Below are positions 40,462 through 50,671 of a stretch of DNA of 64,000 nucleotides, in pieces. The DNA is from a virus. The first letter of the stretch is position 1. Each line of letters opens with the position of its first letter. A program made the position numbers and the translations under genes. The stretch covers positions 1-64,000 of IMG/VR virus record IMGVR_UViG_3300025767_001103; one strand, 5' to 3'. Under the pieces are notes generated by a model that ran no database searches, was not told where the DNA came from, and saw only the letters and a program-made list of their open reading frames with translations.

Positions 40462-41398
40462 TTTACAAGATTTACTTAAAAAACTTACTACTAGCGCAGT
40501 TAGTACAATGTCTTATGTGTATTACGATAAAGAAACTGGTAAAATACATAAGATTAGTTCAAGAAACATTGCCGAAGAAGGATTCGAAGTTTTTGAAATT
40601 GAAAACGATGAAGTTAAGCCTATTCTTACAGGTGAACGTAGAACTGAAGAGTTTACTATAACGTATGATGTTAGTTTAAAGCAAATACGATTGAAAGAAG
40701 TTGCATACGACGATACGCATAAGACAGCTGCTACAATGTGTTATCAATTGCCTATGATTAAGCGTGTTGATAAATCAGCATATTTAGAAGATTATACAAA
40801 GGAAGTTGCGCCATTGCCACAGTATATTGGCATGTACATCGATGTATGGTATGAAGAATTGCCACATCTTGCAGGGCAACATGTTTGGATAAATGACACT
40901 GTTTACAAATTATTAAAAGATCTGCCTGCAAATACTAAATTTACTACAGACAATGCAGAACTTATTGTTGAAAATGTAAAGTTATATCGAGATAAAAATA
41001 AAGCATTAAAAATAAACGACACAGTAGACGTCGGAGACTTAATTTTAAAACACAACAATATATTTGTATTTGATTTAGCAGATTGTAATATTAATTTAGA
41101 AAACGATATTGTTATACGACAAGATACTGATTTTAATATCTGGAATATTCGAATTAATCCGCACACTAAAAAATTCTTACGCATGAGCGGATACAATCCT
41201 AACGAAACACTTTATTTCAGTGTTACTGAAAAATACAATCCGAATATACTTTATAGAAGTCTAGAATTTAATGTGGGAGAATTGTTATCGGAGTCTGTAT
41301 CAATAATTCCGTTCATATGTGATGCCGAACACGATCCTAATAATGTAAGTATATACACAGCAAGATACTTTGACAAATACGTACACGAGATTATATAA
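40454..41398 (+). CDS. Hypothetical protein with an internal CBM-like motif
   Basis: 314 aa, overlapping both neighbours; WYEELPHLAGQHVWINDTVYK resembles the W...GxxVxxxxxxY motifs of the giant protein. Confidence 0.6.
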   Translation: MSDLQDLLKKLTTSAVSTMSYVYYDKETGKIHKISSRNIAEEGFEVFEIENDEVKPILTGERRTEEFTITYDVSLKQIRLKEVAYDDTHKTAATMCYQLPMIKRVDKSAYLEDYTKEVAPLPQYIGMYIDVWYEELPHLAGQHVWINDTVYKLLKDLPANTKFTTDNAELIVENVKLYRDKNKALKINDTVDVGDLILKHNNIFVFDLADCNINLENDIVIRQDTDFNIWNIRINPHTKKFLRMSGYNPNETLYFSVTEKYNPNILYRSLEFNVGELLSESVSIIPFICDAEHDPNNVSIYTARYFDKYVHEII

Positions 41399-42321
41399 TG
41401 GCAAAATTTAAACCAATTGACTACGATATCATTTATCTAAGTTACGACGAGCCTAATGCAGAAAAAAACTATGCAGATTTGTGTAAAATAGTACCATGGG
41501 CAAAGCGTGTACACGGTGTAGAGGGCAGTGATGCTGCACATAAAGCCTGTGCAAAATTAAGCGAAACAGATCGTTTTATTACTGTAGACGGTGATAATAG
41601 AATACGTGAAGATTTTTTAAATCAAGAAATTGACTTTGATGAGCATGCAGATTTAAAGAATACTGTAATTAGTTGGTGCGGTCGTAACGAAATTAATGGA
41701 CTTATGTACGGCAACGGCGGACTAAAATGTTGGCCTAAAGAATATGTGTTGAATATGAAAACACATGAAAACGCTGACCCTAACAACGCACATGCACAAG
41801 TTGACTTTTGTTGGGATGCAAAATATATACAAATGAATAGTTGTTACTCAGACGTATACAATAATGAAACAGCAGCACAAGCATGGCGAGCCGGATTTAG
41901 AGAAGGCGTAAAACTTGCAACTGATCGCGGTGTTAGAATTAGCAAAGAAGAGTTTAAAAACAATCACTGGCGCTGCTTACATTGGCTTTATATTTGGAGC
42001 ATGGTAGGAGCAGATGTAGAAAACGGCCTATGGGCTATCTACGGCACTCGTGAAGGTCTATATAAAACGATGTGTACTGATTGGGATTATGTACAAGTAA
42101 GAGATTTTAAATATTTAAATAGTCTGTGGGACAGCGAATATAGTAAAATTACAGAAGAAATGCTGCCTTATGAAATTATGGGGCTCGGCGAAACATTAAT
42201 AGATGAACTCGATATACCTATCTCTGCAAATCCTTTAGATGCCCAACAAAGTAAGTTTTTTAAAGCAGTGTATCAACATCCGTCTAGAACAGATCATCAA
42301 AGGTTTATAGAAAAATTATGA
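41398..42321 (+). CDS. GT2-like glycosyltransferase, copy 1
   Basis: YDIIYLSYDEPNAEKNY...KRVHGVEG..AAHKACAK...FITVDGDN (DxD)...YGNGGLK...AWRAGFRE. Confidence 0.7.
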   Translation: MAKFKPIDYDIIYLSYDEPNAEKNYADLCKIVPWAKRVHGVEGSDAAHKACAKLSETDRFITVDGDNRIREDFLNQEIDFDEHADLKNTVISWCGRNEINGLMYGNGGLKCWPKEYVLNMKTHENADPNNAHAQVDFCWDAKYIQMNSCYSDVYNNETAAQAWRAGFREGVKLATDRGVRISKEEFKNNHWRCLHWLYIWSMVGADVENGLWAIYGTREGLYKTMCTDWDYVQVRDFKYLNSLWDSEYSKITEEMLPYEIMGLGETLIDELDIPISANPLDAQQSKFFKAVYQHPSRTDHQRFIEKL

Positions 42322-43706
42322 GTAGTGAAACCGACAAGATAAAAAAAGTAAAAGAAATTGCAAATACAATAAGTCCTACGTTTTGTTTAGCTAAGTGGCA
42401 CCACACAACAATTTACTTACACACTGGCAAAACACATAGTTGCTATCATCCTGCACCACACCATATACCTCTTGAAGAGATCGAAGCAAATCCAGCTGCA
42501 CTACATAATACAATTCAAAAGAAAAAAGAACGTGCATTAATGTTAATAGGTGAAAAGCCTAAAGGGTGTCAATACTGCTGGAATGTAGAAGCACTTAGTG
42601 ACACACATATTAGTGATAGACACGAACGTAATGCGGGCATTTATAATCGACAGAGACTTGATGAAATTGTTAATAATTCTTGGGACGCTAATATTAATCC
42701 AGAATACATCGAATTAGCATTTAGTAACGAGTGCAATTTTAAGTGCGGGTACTGTCATCCTTTGCATAGTTCTAGTTTTCGAAGTGAAATTAAAAAGTCT
42801 GGTCCTTACGAAAAAGTTAAAAATCATAGCTGTTCTATTGACTGGTTTGAAGTATTTGAAGAAGAAACTAATCCTTATGTTAAGGCATGGTGGGAATGGT
42901 GGCCTGAAGTTAGCAAAACACTAAACATTCTGCGCCTTACTGGAGGCGAACCACTAATGCACCGAAGCACTTGGCGAATGTTTGATGAACTGCGAAACGA
43001 AGGTCGCCCAAACTTAGAACTTAATTGTAATAGTAATCTTGGTGTTAAAACTGCACTAGTTGAGAAGCTAGCAGTAAATGTTAAAGAGTTAGTTAGTAAT
43101 AAAAAGATTAAAAACTTTAAAATATTTACAAGTGTAGACACATGGGGTAAGAGAGCAGAATATATACGCACGGGTTTAGATATAAAATTGTGGGAAAAAA
43201 ACTTAGAGACGTATATACATAATGCAAACGCACCAGTTAGTATTATGTGTACATTCAATATTTTAAGTGTAACTTCGTTTACAGACTTCTTACAAAAAGT
43301 TTTAGATTGGCGAGCACAATATCAAAAAATATTAAATCCAGGCGGGTACGGCCGACGTATTAGATTCGATACTCCTTATCTAAAAGAACCGTTGCAATAC
43401 GATATGATGATTTTGCCTAAAGAAGAATTCTTACCCTACTTTGATAAAATATTAGACTTTATTAACGACAACAAAGATGACACTGATGCTACTAAATTTA
43501 CAGAGCTAGAGTATCAAAAGTTTCGACGTGTGCGCGATTATTTTGCTACAGTTAACTATGACGAAGATAAAGTTAAAGAAGGTCGCATAGATTTTTATAA
43601 CTGGTTTACTGAATATGATAAAAGACGCAACGTTAATTTCTTAGAAACATTTCCTGAAATGAACAATTTTTGGAATCACTGCAAACAGCTATCAATTCAA
43701 CCATGA
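42318..43706 (+). CDS. Radical SAM enzyme with N-terminal twitch/SPASM-like domain (type A1)
   Basis: N-terminal C..SC..CQYC; CNFKCGYC; TGGEPL; C-terminal YDKRRNVNFLETFPE. Confidence 0.9.
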   Translation: MSSETDKIKKVKEIANTISPTFCLAKWHHTTIYLHTGKTHSCYHPAPHHIPLEEIEANPAALHNTIQKKKERALMLIGEKPKGCQYCWNVEALSDTHISDRHERNAGIYNRQRLDEIVNNSWDANINPEYIELAFSNECNFKCGYCHPLHSSSFRSEIKKSGPYEKVKNHSCSIDWFEVFEEETNPYVKAWWEWWPEVSKTLNILRLTGGEPLMHRSTWRMFDELRNEGRPNLELNCNSNLGVKTALVEKLAVNVKELVSNKKIKNFKIFTSVDTWGKRAEYIRTGLDIKLWEKNLETYIHNANAPVSIMCTFNILSVTSFTDFLQKVLDWRAQYQKILNPGGYGRRIRFDTPYLKEPLQYDMMILPKEEFLPYFDKILDFINDNKDDTDATKFTELEYQKFRRVRDYFATVNYDEDKVKEGRIDFYNWFTEYDKRRNVNFLETFPEMNNFWNHCKQLSIQP

Positions 43707-43732
43707 TACTTTAATAGCAGATTCACTGTTAC

Positions 43733-43738
43733 TAAATA
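43733..43738 (+). promoter_or_regulatory. Putative late promoter TAAATA at the head of the internal glyco-island
   Basis: CTAAATA in the largest intergenic gap of this part of the cluster; same CTAAATA context as 2666-2672. Confidence 0.45.
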
Positions 43739-43777
43739 GTATTATATGCTAGTATAATGCTCCAGGAAGGAAATCTA

Positions 43778-44512
43778 TTGAAACATTTAACAGACGTGTT
43801 TAACACAGATATTTTTAAAGGAAGTCAGTCTTTTAATGATGCGACTCCAATTCCAATGGGTGTGGTAGATAATTTTTTACCAGAAGATATTGCATTGGAA
43901 ATGTATTCGGAAAGTCAATCCATAGATGATTCTCATTGGAAAACATTTACACGCAACGGTAGTCATATGATGGAGACTAACAAAATGGAGCTAGCTCCAG
44001 TTGCGTTTAACACACTCAATTATTTTCATAGCTCGTCTTTTTTAAAACTATTATCAGCATATACTGGTATAGCAAGTTTAATACCAGACCCTCATTTAGT
44101 TGGCGCAGGTTATAGTAAAAGTTTTAATGGCGATATATTAAATGTACATACAGACTTTAATTGGAATGAACAATTACAATTACACCGAGCGCTAACTCTT
44201 ACTATGTACATAACACCAGGATGGCAACCTAATTGGGGCGGCGCATTAGATTTTTATGATTCTAAAAAAGAGAATGTTATAACAACAGTAGATACATTAT
44301 TCAATAGATGCCTTATTTGGAAATATAATAGATTTGGCTACCACGGATATACAACTCCAGTTCAGTGTCCTCAAGACAAAAATCGATCAACCTTTAGATT
44401 ATTTTATTACACTAGTAATAGTACACACTTGCCAGAAGACCCTCCTCATAGAAGTCTATACTGGGTAGATGAAATAACAAATCTTCCTTATGATAAGAGA
44501 ACACAAGAATGA
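43778..44512 (+). CDS. Fe(II)/2-oxoglutarate-dependent dioxygenase (prolyl-hydroxylase-like)
   Basis: VVDNFLP...HTD...WGGALDF...FNRCLIW...HG...R; TTG 43778 preferred because of the AGGAAGG SD (ATG 43757 is the alternative). Confidence 0.85.
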   Translation: MKHLTDVFNTDIFKGSQSFNDATPIPMGVVDNFLPEDIALEMYSESQSIDDSHWKTFTRNGSHMMETNKMELAPVAFNTLNYFHSSSFLKLLSAYTGIASLIPDPHLVGAGYSKSFNGDILNVHTDFNWNEQLQLHRALTLTMYITPGWQPNWGGALDFYDSKKENVITTVDTLFNRCLIWKYNRFGYHGYTTPVQCPQDKNRSTFRLFYYTSNSTHLPEDPPHRSLYWVDEITNLPYDKRTQE

Positions 44513-45687
44513 AAATTTACACTAAAACTGGAAATGTACACGGATATTTTGATTTTAAATTGTTTTCTAAAATATCTGAAAATCAAACATACGATTTAGG
44601 ATCGATATTTTGGCACGATCAACATGATTTTACTAGAAGCGGAGTAGCTTTTAGTGATTGTCTTTATGACTCAGCTTGGAGCCATTTAAGTAATGACCGT
44701 ACTTCTAAAATTTTATTATTTTATGGTGACGAATATTACAATCTGTTAGATTTAAGACTTTGGGCAGAAACAATTAAAAACCGTAACATACATCCTGCCC
44801 AACTTTATATTGTATGTATTGACGAAAATTGGGCAGCATGGACAGCCACTGAATGTGCTAAATTAGGAATAGATGGAGTAAATGTTCAACACTTAAACTT
44901 ATTAATGGAACGAGTTATAAATCAATCACCTAAGCCATTAACACATAAATTTAGTGCATTTAGTAGGAATTATCTTGACTTTAGATTAAAGTTTTTTATT
45001 GAGCTGTTTAATAAAAATTTATTAAGAGAGTTTAATTATACCTTTAATAATATTATGCCTTACGCCAATCCGCCAATCGTATATCCAACTAATACAATTA
45101 AACAGCATGCTGAAAAATTTGGTTATACAATCGATACTCGCTTAAAAAAGTGGATCGACAAAATACCTTATACACTAGAAGGTGATAACGTTAAAGATAA
45201 ATTATCATTTGACATATATGATAAAATCTTGCAATCGGGTGTTAATGTTGTAATAGAATCTCATTTTGATCCTTTTTGGAATTTTAAAGGGCACAATCAC
45301 GAAGATTTTAGACAATTTAGTCCTGCGTTTCCAACAGAAAAAACTTATAAAGCTATAGGATGCAGTAGACCGTTTATAGTAGTTTCTACTCCAGAGTTCT
45401 TAAAAGAATTTAGACAGATGGGATACAAAACATTTTCTCCTTACATTGATGAAACTTATGATACTATCGTGAATGATAACGACCGTATGCATGCAATTGT
45501 TAACGAAGTTAATCGTATAGCAAAATTGCCACCTGATGAATATAATCTATTAATAGCAGAATGTGAAAAAATTGCTAATTATAATCTTTTGGTTATGCAA
45601 AAAGCAAAAGATAATGTTGAACTTACTAACAATTTTGATTGGGTTAATCAGCTTGTTAATAAAAAGTTTCCGATGTATCAGAAATGA
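44509..45687 (+). CDS. GT10 (fucosyltransferase)-like protein, copy 1
   Basis: C-terminal NVVIES...PTEKTYKAIGCSRPFIV...GYKTFSPYIDETYD resembles the ExS...TEK GT10 donor-binding motif. Confidence 0.55.
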   Translation: MKIYTKTGNVHGYFDFKLFSKISENQTYDLGSIFWHDQHDFTRSGVAFSDCLYDSAWSHLSNDRTSKILLFYGDEYYNLLDLRLWAETIKNRNIHPAQLYIVCIDENWAAWTATECAKLGIDGVNVQHLNLLMERVINQSPKPLTHKFSAFSRNYLDFRLKFFIELFNKNLLREFNYTFNNIMPYANPPIVYPTNTIKQHAEKFGYTIDTRLKKWIDKIPYTLEGDNVKDKLSFDIYDKILQSGVNVVIESHFDPFWNFKGHNHEDFRQFSPAFPTEKTYKAIGCSRPFIVVSTPEFLKEFRQMGYKTFSPYIDETYDTIVNDNDRMHAIVNEVNRIAKLPPDEYNLLIAECEKIANYNLLVMQKAKDNVELTNNFDWVNQLVNKKFPMYQK

Positions 45688-46373
45688 AAAAAAATAAATT
45701 TAAAAAAAAGTTAATTGTGCTAGGATGTAGTATTACTCATCACGCCCCCGGCTGGGCAGCCTGTCTTTCAAAAATTATAGATATGCCATTATTAAATCTT
45801 GCTGAAAGTTCTGGATCTAACGCTTTGCAACGATATCGCCTTCAAGAAAATTTATTTAATAACAGAATTACCAGCGATGATATAATTATATGGCAAATAA
45901 CTGGATTAACTAGACGTTATAAGAGAATGGAAGACAATGATAACTCTCGAGATATACTAATAAACGACAATTCATTAGAAACTCAATCAAGTATTATAAC
46001 ATCTAAAAATATTTTTGATAAACAACACCGCATAGATTTATTATCTCATTCACTCCATGTTCAAACCAATACAATGTTGGACATTGAACAAGAACTTGAA
46101 AATCTTTTATTTTATATTATTGCTGCTAAAAAAATAACACCTAACACGTTTGTGGTTTATGGATGGGACACTGTAATGCCTATACGTTATAAACAAATAT
46201 TTTCTCAACAGTTAGCTAACCATGATATTAAAATATTTACACAATCCATCGTTAATTGGTGTAGTGAGAAAAAATTAGAGTTTCATCCAGATAATGTTCA
46301 CCCAAAAAGCGAATCATATCAACAATATGTTAATGACTACATGCACCCTCAGCTAATGTCATTTTTAAAATAG
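45684..46373 (+). CDS. SGNH/GDSL-like acyl hydrolase or transferase, copy 1
   Basis: Block I VLGCSIT, block II NLAESSGSN, block V DNVHP. Confidence 0.65.
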   Translation: MKKNKFKKKLIVLGCSITHHAPGWAACLSKIIDMPLLNLAESSGSNALQRYRLQENLFNNRITSDDIIIWQITGLTRRYKRMEDNDNSRDILINDNSLETQSSIITSKNIFDKQHRIDLLSHSLHVQTNTMLDIEQELENLLFYIIAAKKITPNTFVVYGWDTVMPIRYKQIFSQQLANHDIKIFTQSIVNWCSEKKLEFHPDNVHPKSESYQQYVNDYMHPQLMSFLK

Positions 46374-46391
46374 AATAATTAAGGAAAGAAC

Positions 46392-47393
46392 ATGCGTATT
46401 TTTATAACAGGCATAGCAGGATTTTTAGGAAGTCATCTAGCTGATCGCATGATTGAATTAGGTCATGAAGTTTCAGGCAATGATACTCTTATCGGCGGCT
46501 ATGAAGATAATGTAAATCACAAAGCTACTTTATACAAAGTAGATTGTTGTGATAGAGAGCGTATGGCTGACATAATGAAAGGCGTTGATATTGTTGTACA
46601 TACTGCTGCAACTGCTCACGAAGGACTAAGTGTAGTAAGTCCAGATTTTATTACTAAAAATATATTTCAAGCAACTGTTGCTACTGTTAGTGCAGCACTA
46701 GAAAATAAAGTAAAACGATTTGTGTATTGCACTAGTATGGCACGATACGGCGGACAAACAATACCATTTCATGAAGAACAAACTCCTGCGCCAGTTGATC
46801 CTTACGGCATTGCAAAAGTAGCAGGCGAACAAGTATTAATAACACTTAGCGAAGTGCATGGAATGGAGTGGAATATTGCTGTACCTCATAATATAGTTGG
46901 ACCAAGACAACGGTACGATGATCCGTTCCGTAATGTTATGAGTATAATGATTAATAGAAATTTACAAGGTAAGCCTTCTATTATATACGGTGATGGACAA
47001 CAAACAAGATGTTTTAGTTATGTAGACGACTGTATACAGTGTCTCGAAAAACTTACTCTAGATGAAAACATTGTAAATCAAATTGTAAACATAGGCCCAG
47101 ATGAAGGTACTATTACAATTAAAGATTTAGCATCGCTGGTGGCTAATAAAACAGGCTGCAACTTAGATCCTATACACGTAGATGATAGGCCTCAAGAAGT
47201 TAAGCATGCAATGTGTAGTGCAAACAAAGCAAGAAAACTTTTAAATTATGAAACAACAACTGATTTAGAAACAGCAGTTGAGCACACAATTAATTACATT
47301 AAAGCTCGCGGCACAAAACCTTTTGATTATACTTTTCCATTAGAAATTGTAAATTCTAGGACACCAAAAACATGGAAGGATAGGTTAATTTAA
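46392..47393 (+). CDS. NAD-dependent nucleotide-sugar epimerase/dehydratase (extended SDR)
   Basis: ITGIAGFLGSHL (GxxGxxG), HTAA, YGIAK (YxxxK), NIVGPRQ, IYGDGQQTRCFSYVDD. Confidence 0.93.
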   Translation: MRIFITGIAGFLGSHLADRMIELGHEVSGNDTLIGGYEDNVNHKATLYKVDCCDRERMADIMKGVDIVVHTAATAHEGLSVVSPDFITKNIFQATVATVSAALENKVKRFVYCTSMARYGGQTIPFHEEQTPAPVDPYGIAKVAGEQVLITLSEVHGMEWNIAVPHNIVGPRQRYDDPFRNVMSIMINRNLQGKPSIIYGDGQQTRCFSYVDDCIQCLEKLTLDENIVNQIVNIGPDEGTITIKDLASLVANKTGCNLDPIHVDDRPQEVKHAMCSANKARKLLNYETTTDLETAVEHTINYIKARGTKPFDYTFPLEIVNSRTPKTWKDRLI

Positions 47394-48707
47394 ATGAGAT
47401 TTGTATTTGAATCTATGAGACTTGGTGAATTTAAAAATTTAATTAAGTGTCCCGACAAAAACCCGTCAGGCATTCGACGATTTACTCCTAGTCCAGTAAT
47501 TGCTGAATTAATGGTTGCCCAATCTTATGAACAAAATAGTAGACATATACTTACTACTGAACGTGTTAAAGGGGAAATTTATATTATTGCAACTGGAGTT
47601 GCACATGCACCTTGGGACTGGTGCGGTCCTGACAGCACAGGACTAGGATTTAATGAAAGACATCCTAACAGACAAACGTTATTTGCTTATATAAATAAAA
47701 AATATTTAAAATCATTACGTAAAGGTATGGCTTATTTATTAATTGATCAGTCTCACGAAGGTTATCAAACTGATTGGCTATGGAGTTGGTTTCATAATAA
47801 TTGTAAAACTTATGGTATTAATCCTAAACAAATTATATATGTTACTGGTAATTTAGATTGTAAAGATCAATATGATGAATGGTCTAAGGAGTGTTTACCA
47901 GAAAATAAAATGTTAGTAGTACCATATCCTCATTTTGAATCTGTGATATCTAATATTTTAAACTCTGATCTTAAAAAGTATCCTAGTTTTGCCCAGCAAA
48001 TAGAGTACAAGCAGTCCAACTTAGACTCTATAAAAACATATAGTGCCTTACAAAAACGTGCTAGGCCTCATCGTGCTTGGTTTTTTAAACACTTATCGGA
48101 TGCTAATTTATTAGAAGCTGGCATAAACAGTATGAATAAGTTTAAAATGGGCGAAGCTACTTATGAAGGTAAGATCATGTCAGACGAGGAATACAATAGC
48201 GTAATTCATAAGTTGCCAATGTTGCCGCCAGACACCGGAAAAAAAGGATTAAAGGGATTTGCAGATCAGGATTGCGGTCACTATCTAACAAAGTTTAATG
48301 ATGAAATAATGTTAGATACATGGTTAACTGTTATTAGCGAAGCGTCATTTGGCGAAAGTGAACACGAATGTTTTCTTAGTGAAAAAACCTTTAAACCTAT
48401 CGCATGTTACCATCCTTTTATAATAGCAGGAAATAGACTTTCACTCCATCGATTAAGAGAGTTAGGATATAAGACATTTAGTCCTTATATTGATGAAAGT
48501 TACGATATGCTAACCACATGGCCAAGAATGGCTGCAATTACTAAAGAAATAGCTAGAATAAACAATATGTCGCCTGAGGATAAGTTAAACTGGTTTAACG
48601 GCGTGAAGCATATTTTAGATCATAATTACGAACTTCTAAAATCAAGATCAAGTAAAACTTCTTCGACATATTTAAAGGTTATAGAAGATCATATAACTAA
48701 GGAATAA
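47394..48707 (+). CDS. GT10-like protein, copy 2
   Basis: TVISEA...FLSEKTFKPIACYHPFII...GYKTFSPYIDESYD; paralogue of 44509-45687. Confidence 0.55.
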   Translation: MRFVFESMRLGEFKNLIKCPDKNPSGIRRFTPSPVIAELMVAQSYEQNSRHILTTERVKGEIYIIATGVAHAPWDWCGPDSTGLGFNERHPNRQTLFAYINKKYLKSLRKGMAYLLIDQSHEGYQTDWLWSWFHNNCKTYGINPKQIIYVTGNLDCKDQYDEWSKECLPENKMLVVPYPHFESVISNILNSDLKKYPSFAQQIEYKQSNLDSIKTYSALQKRARPHRAWFFKHLSDANLLEAGINSMNKFKMGEATYEGKIMSDEEYNSVIHKLPMLPPDTGKKGLKGFADQDCGHYLTKFNDEIMLDTWLTVISEASFGESEHECFLSEKTFKPIACYHPFIIAGNRLSLHRLRELGYKTFSPYIDESYDMLTTWPRMAAITKEIARINNMSPEDKLNWFNGVKHILDHNYELLKSRSSKTSSTYLKVIEDHITKE

Positions 48708-48709
48708 AA

Positions 48710-49741
48710 ATGTATAAAGAGCAAGTAAGCAAAATAACAAAAGATTTAAAAAGAACTAAAAAAGCAATTATTGCAATTGGGTGTTCGTTTGTACAAGGTC
48801 AAGGAGCAGTCGATGACGAATTATATCAAGACTACACTTGGGAATATCATGAAGGACGTCCGCTTACAATAGATCTTACTTACAAACAACGCAAACGACT
48901 GTTAAAAGGTTATTCTAATCTTAAATTAAATGGATTGACAGCAGCAGCTAGTAACATAGATTTTACTATGATGGAGTATGATAATGCATTTGTTAATGTA
49001 TTGTGTAACAAATATTTTAATAAGTCGTACACTCCGATTAATTTAGGAATCAGAGGTTGCGGCAATCGAGCTTCAATTAAAGAATTATATATGTACCCTG
49101 AAATTAGCTATGATGATTTACAAGAAATTATAGTTTTGTATGCTCCTAGTGGTCTTGAAAGATTTGATTTCATTAATGATCAAGCAGAAGACCATTTTAA
49201 TTGGAAAGCGATGTGGCCACATTACGAACATATGGAAGAAGATAATTCTAGACTTCCTTTATGGAAAGGGTATGGTCAATTATTACATAGTGATAAATTT
49301 GAAGTATTAGAACAAATTGCACACGTACAAGAATTATTGACATGGTGCAAATATAGGAACGCAAGATTAGTAATTACGCCAGGATTTGATAGAAGATACG
49401 ACAAAGCATATTTTAACGAATGTTTGTCAACGCAAGTAGAACGAAAAAACGAGATATTTGTAAAGTCTGATAAACCCATTTTTGGAAAAAGTAGAAGTGA
49501 CAAATCTCATTTAATAGATTTGTTTCCGTGGTCCAGCATGTTTAAGCCTGCAGGATTTGATACGTTTGCAGACTTGGTAATTTCTAAAGAAGATAAATTA
49601 GAAGATAAACTAGATCATTATGGACAGTTTTTAGGCAAAGGATCGCCAGACAAATGGATAACACCTTGTTCTCATCCTAGTCAGAAAGGACACGATTTAT
49701 TTGCAAGTTGCTTATATACACATATAGCTGGAAAAACTTAA
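48710..49741 (+). CDS. SGNH/GDSL-like protein, copy 2
   Basis: AIGCSFVQGQG, INLGIRGCGN, CSHPSQKGH. Confidence 0.62.
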   Translation: MYKEQVSKITKDLKRTKKAIIAIGCSFVQGQGAVDDELYQDYTWEYHEGRPLTIDLTYKQRKRLLKGYSNLKLNGLTAAASNIDFTMMEYDNAFVNVLCNKYFNKSYTPINLGIRGCGNRASIKELYMYPEISYDDLQEIIVLYAPSGLERFDFINDQAEDHFNWKAMWPHYEHMEEDNSRLPLWKGYGQLLHSDKFEVLEQIAHVQELLTWCKYRNARLVITPGFDRRYDKAYFNECLSTQVERKNEIFVKSDKPIFGKSRSDKSHLIDLFPWSSMFKPAGFDTFADLVISKEDKLEDKLDHYGQFLGKGSPDKWITPCSHPSQKGHDLFASCLYTHIAGKT

Positions 49742-49744
49742 AAA

Positions 49745-50671
49745 ATGAAAAAGAGAAAAAATAAAATGAAAAATGCAGGTTGGGGATCACCTGCCACTGA
49801 TACTATTTCTATGGATGCTAGTCTAATTGAAAATGAATTACCAGTACGAAAATTTTCTGACGGTCAATTCAATGGGCCCGACGGCCCTGGAATTGTTCCT
49901 TTTCCTGGATATCTTAATAATCCTAAGTTTCCATTCGGATCAGTTTTTCCCAAAGTAGCCGGCGTATACAGTTGGATGCAAGGAGATAGCGAAGAAAATT
50001 TTGTAAAACATAAGCGTACACAGCCAGCTACGTGGAAATATTTAACTAAACCGATTACTTACACAATTAACAGCCACGGATACAGAGCGCCTGAATGGAA
50101 AGACATTGATTGGAAAAACTCTGTGGTATTGTTTGGCGATTCTTGTACGTACGGTATTGGAGTGTCCGATGAGGAAACTATTGGATTCCAGTTAGCGCAA
50201 TTATTAGGTAGACCGGTGATTAATTTAGGAGTAGGTGGTGGCTCAAATACTTTAATGATACACAACGCTACTCATTTGCTAGAATATTTTCCAACTCCGT
50301 ACGCAGTAGCAAATATTTGGAGCACAACTAATAGATTTAGATTTTTTACAGAATTTCATACGTATGATGCAGGAGCATGGGACCGAAACGCTGTTAAAGT
50401 AAGTGAACACACAGATGTTAGTAAGTTATGGAAACTTACGTTTGCAGATCCTACGCACGAGTTAGGACTTGCGTTCTATGAAGGAAAAATAGCAAAAGCT
50501 ATATGGCAAGATAGAACAAAATATGCTAGTTTATCATTTTTTGGAGACTCTGCACATTATACTAGATCTGATCAATATTTTGTAATAGATAACAAGGCCA
50601 GGGACTTAGTACATCCTGGAGAAGAAAGTTGTAGAAAAGTGGCACAATTTTTATATGGAAAATTTAAATGA
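49745..50671 (+). CDS. SGNH/GDSL-like protein, copy 3
   Basis: INSHGYR...FGDSCTYGIGV...INLGVGGGSN...ARDLVHPG; the start may be the second Met (49766). Confidence 0.72.
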   Translation: MKKRKNKMKNAGWGSPATDTISMDASLIENELPVRKFSDGQFNGPDGPGIVPFPGYLNNPKFPFGSVFPKVAGVYSWMQGDSEENFVKHKRTQPATWKYLTKPITYTINSHGYRAPEWKDIDWKNSVVLFGDSCTYGIGVSDEETIGFQLAQLLGRPVINLGVGGGSNTLMIHNATHLLEYFPTPYAVANIWSTTNRFRFFTEFHTYDAGAWDRNAVKVSEHTDVSKLWKLTFADPTHELGLAFYEGKIAKAIWQDRTKYASLSFFGDSAHYTRSDQYFVIDNKARDLVHPGEESCRKVAQFLYGKFK

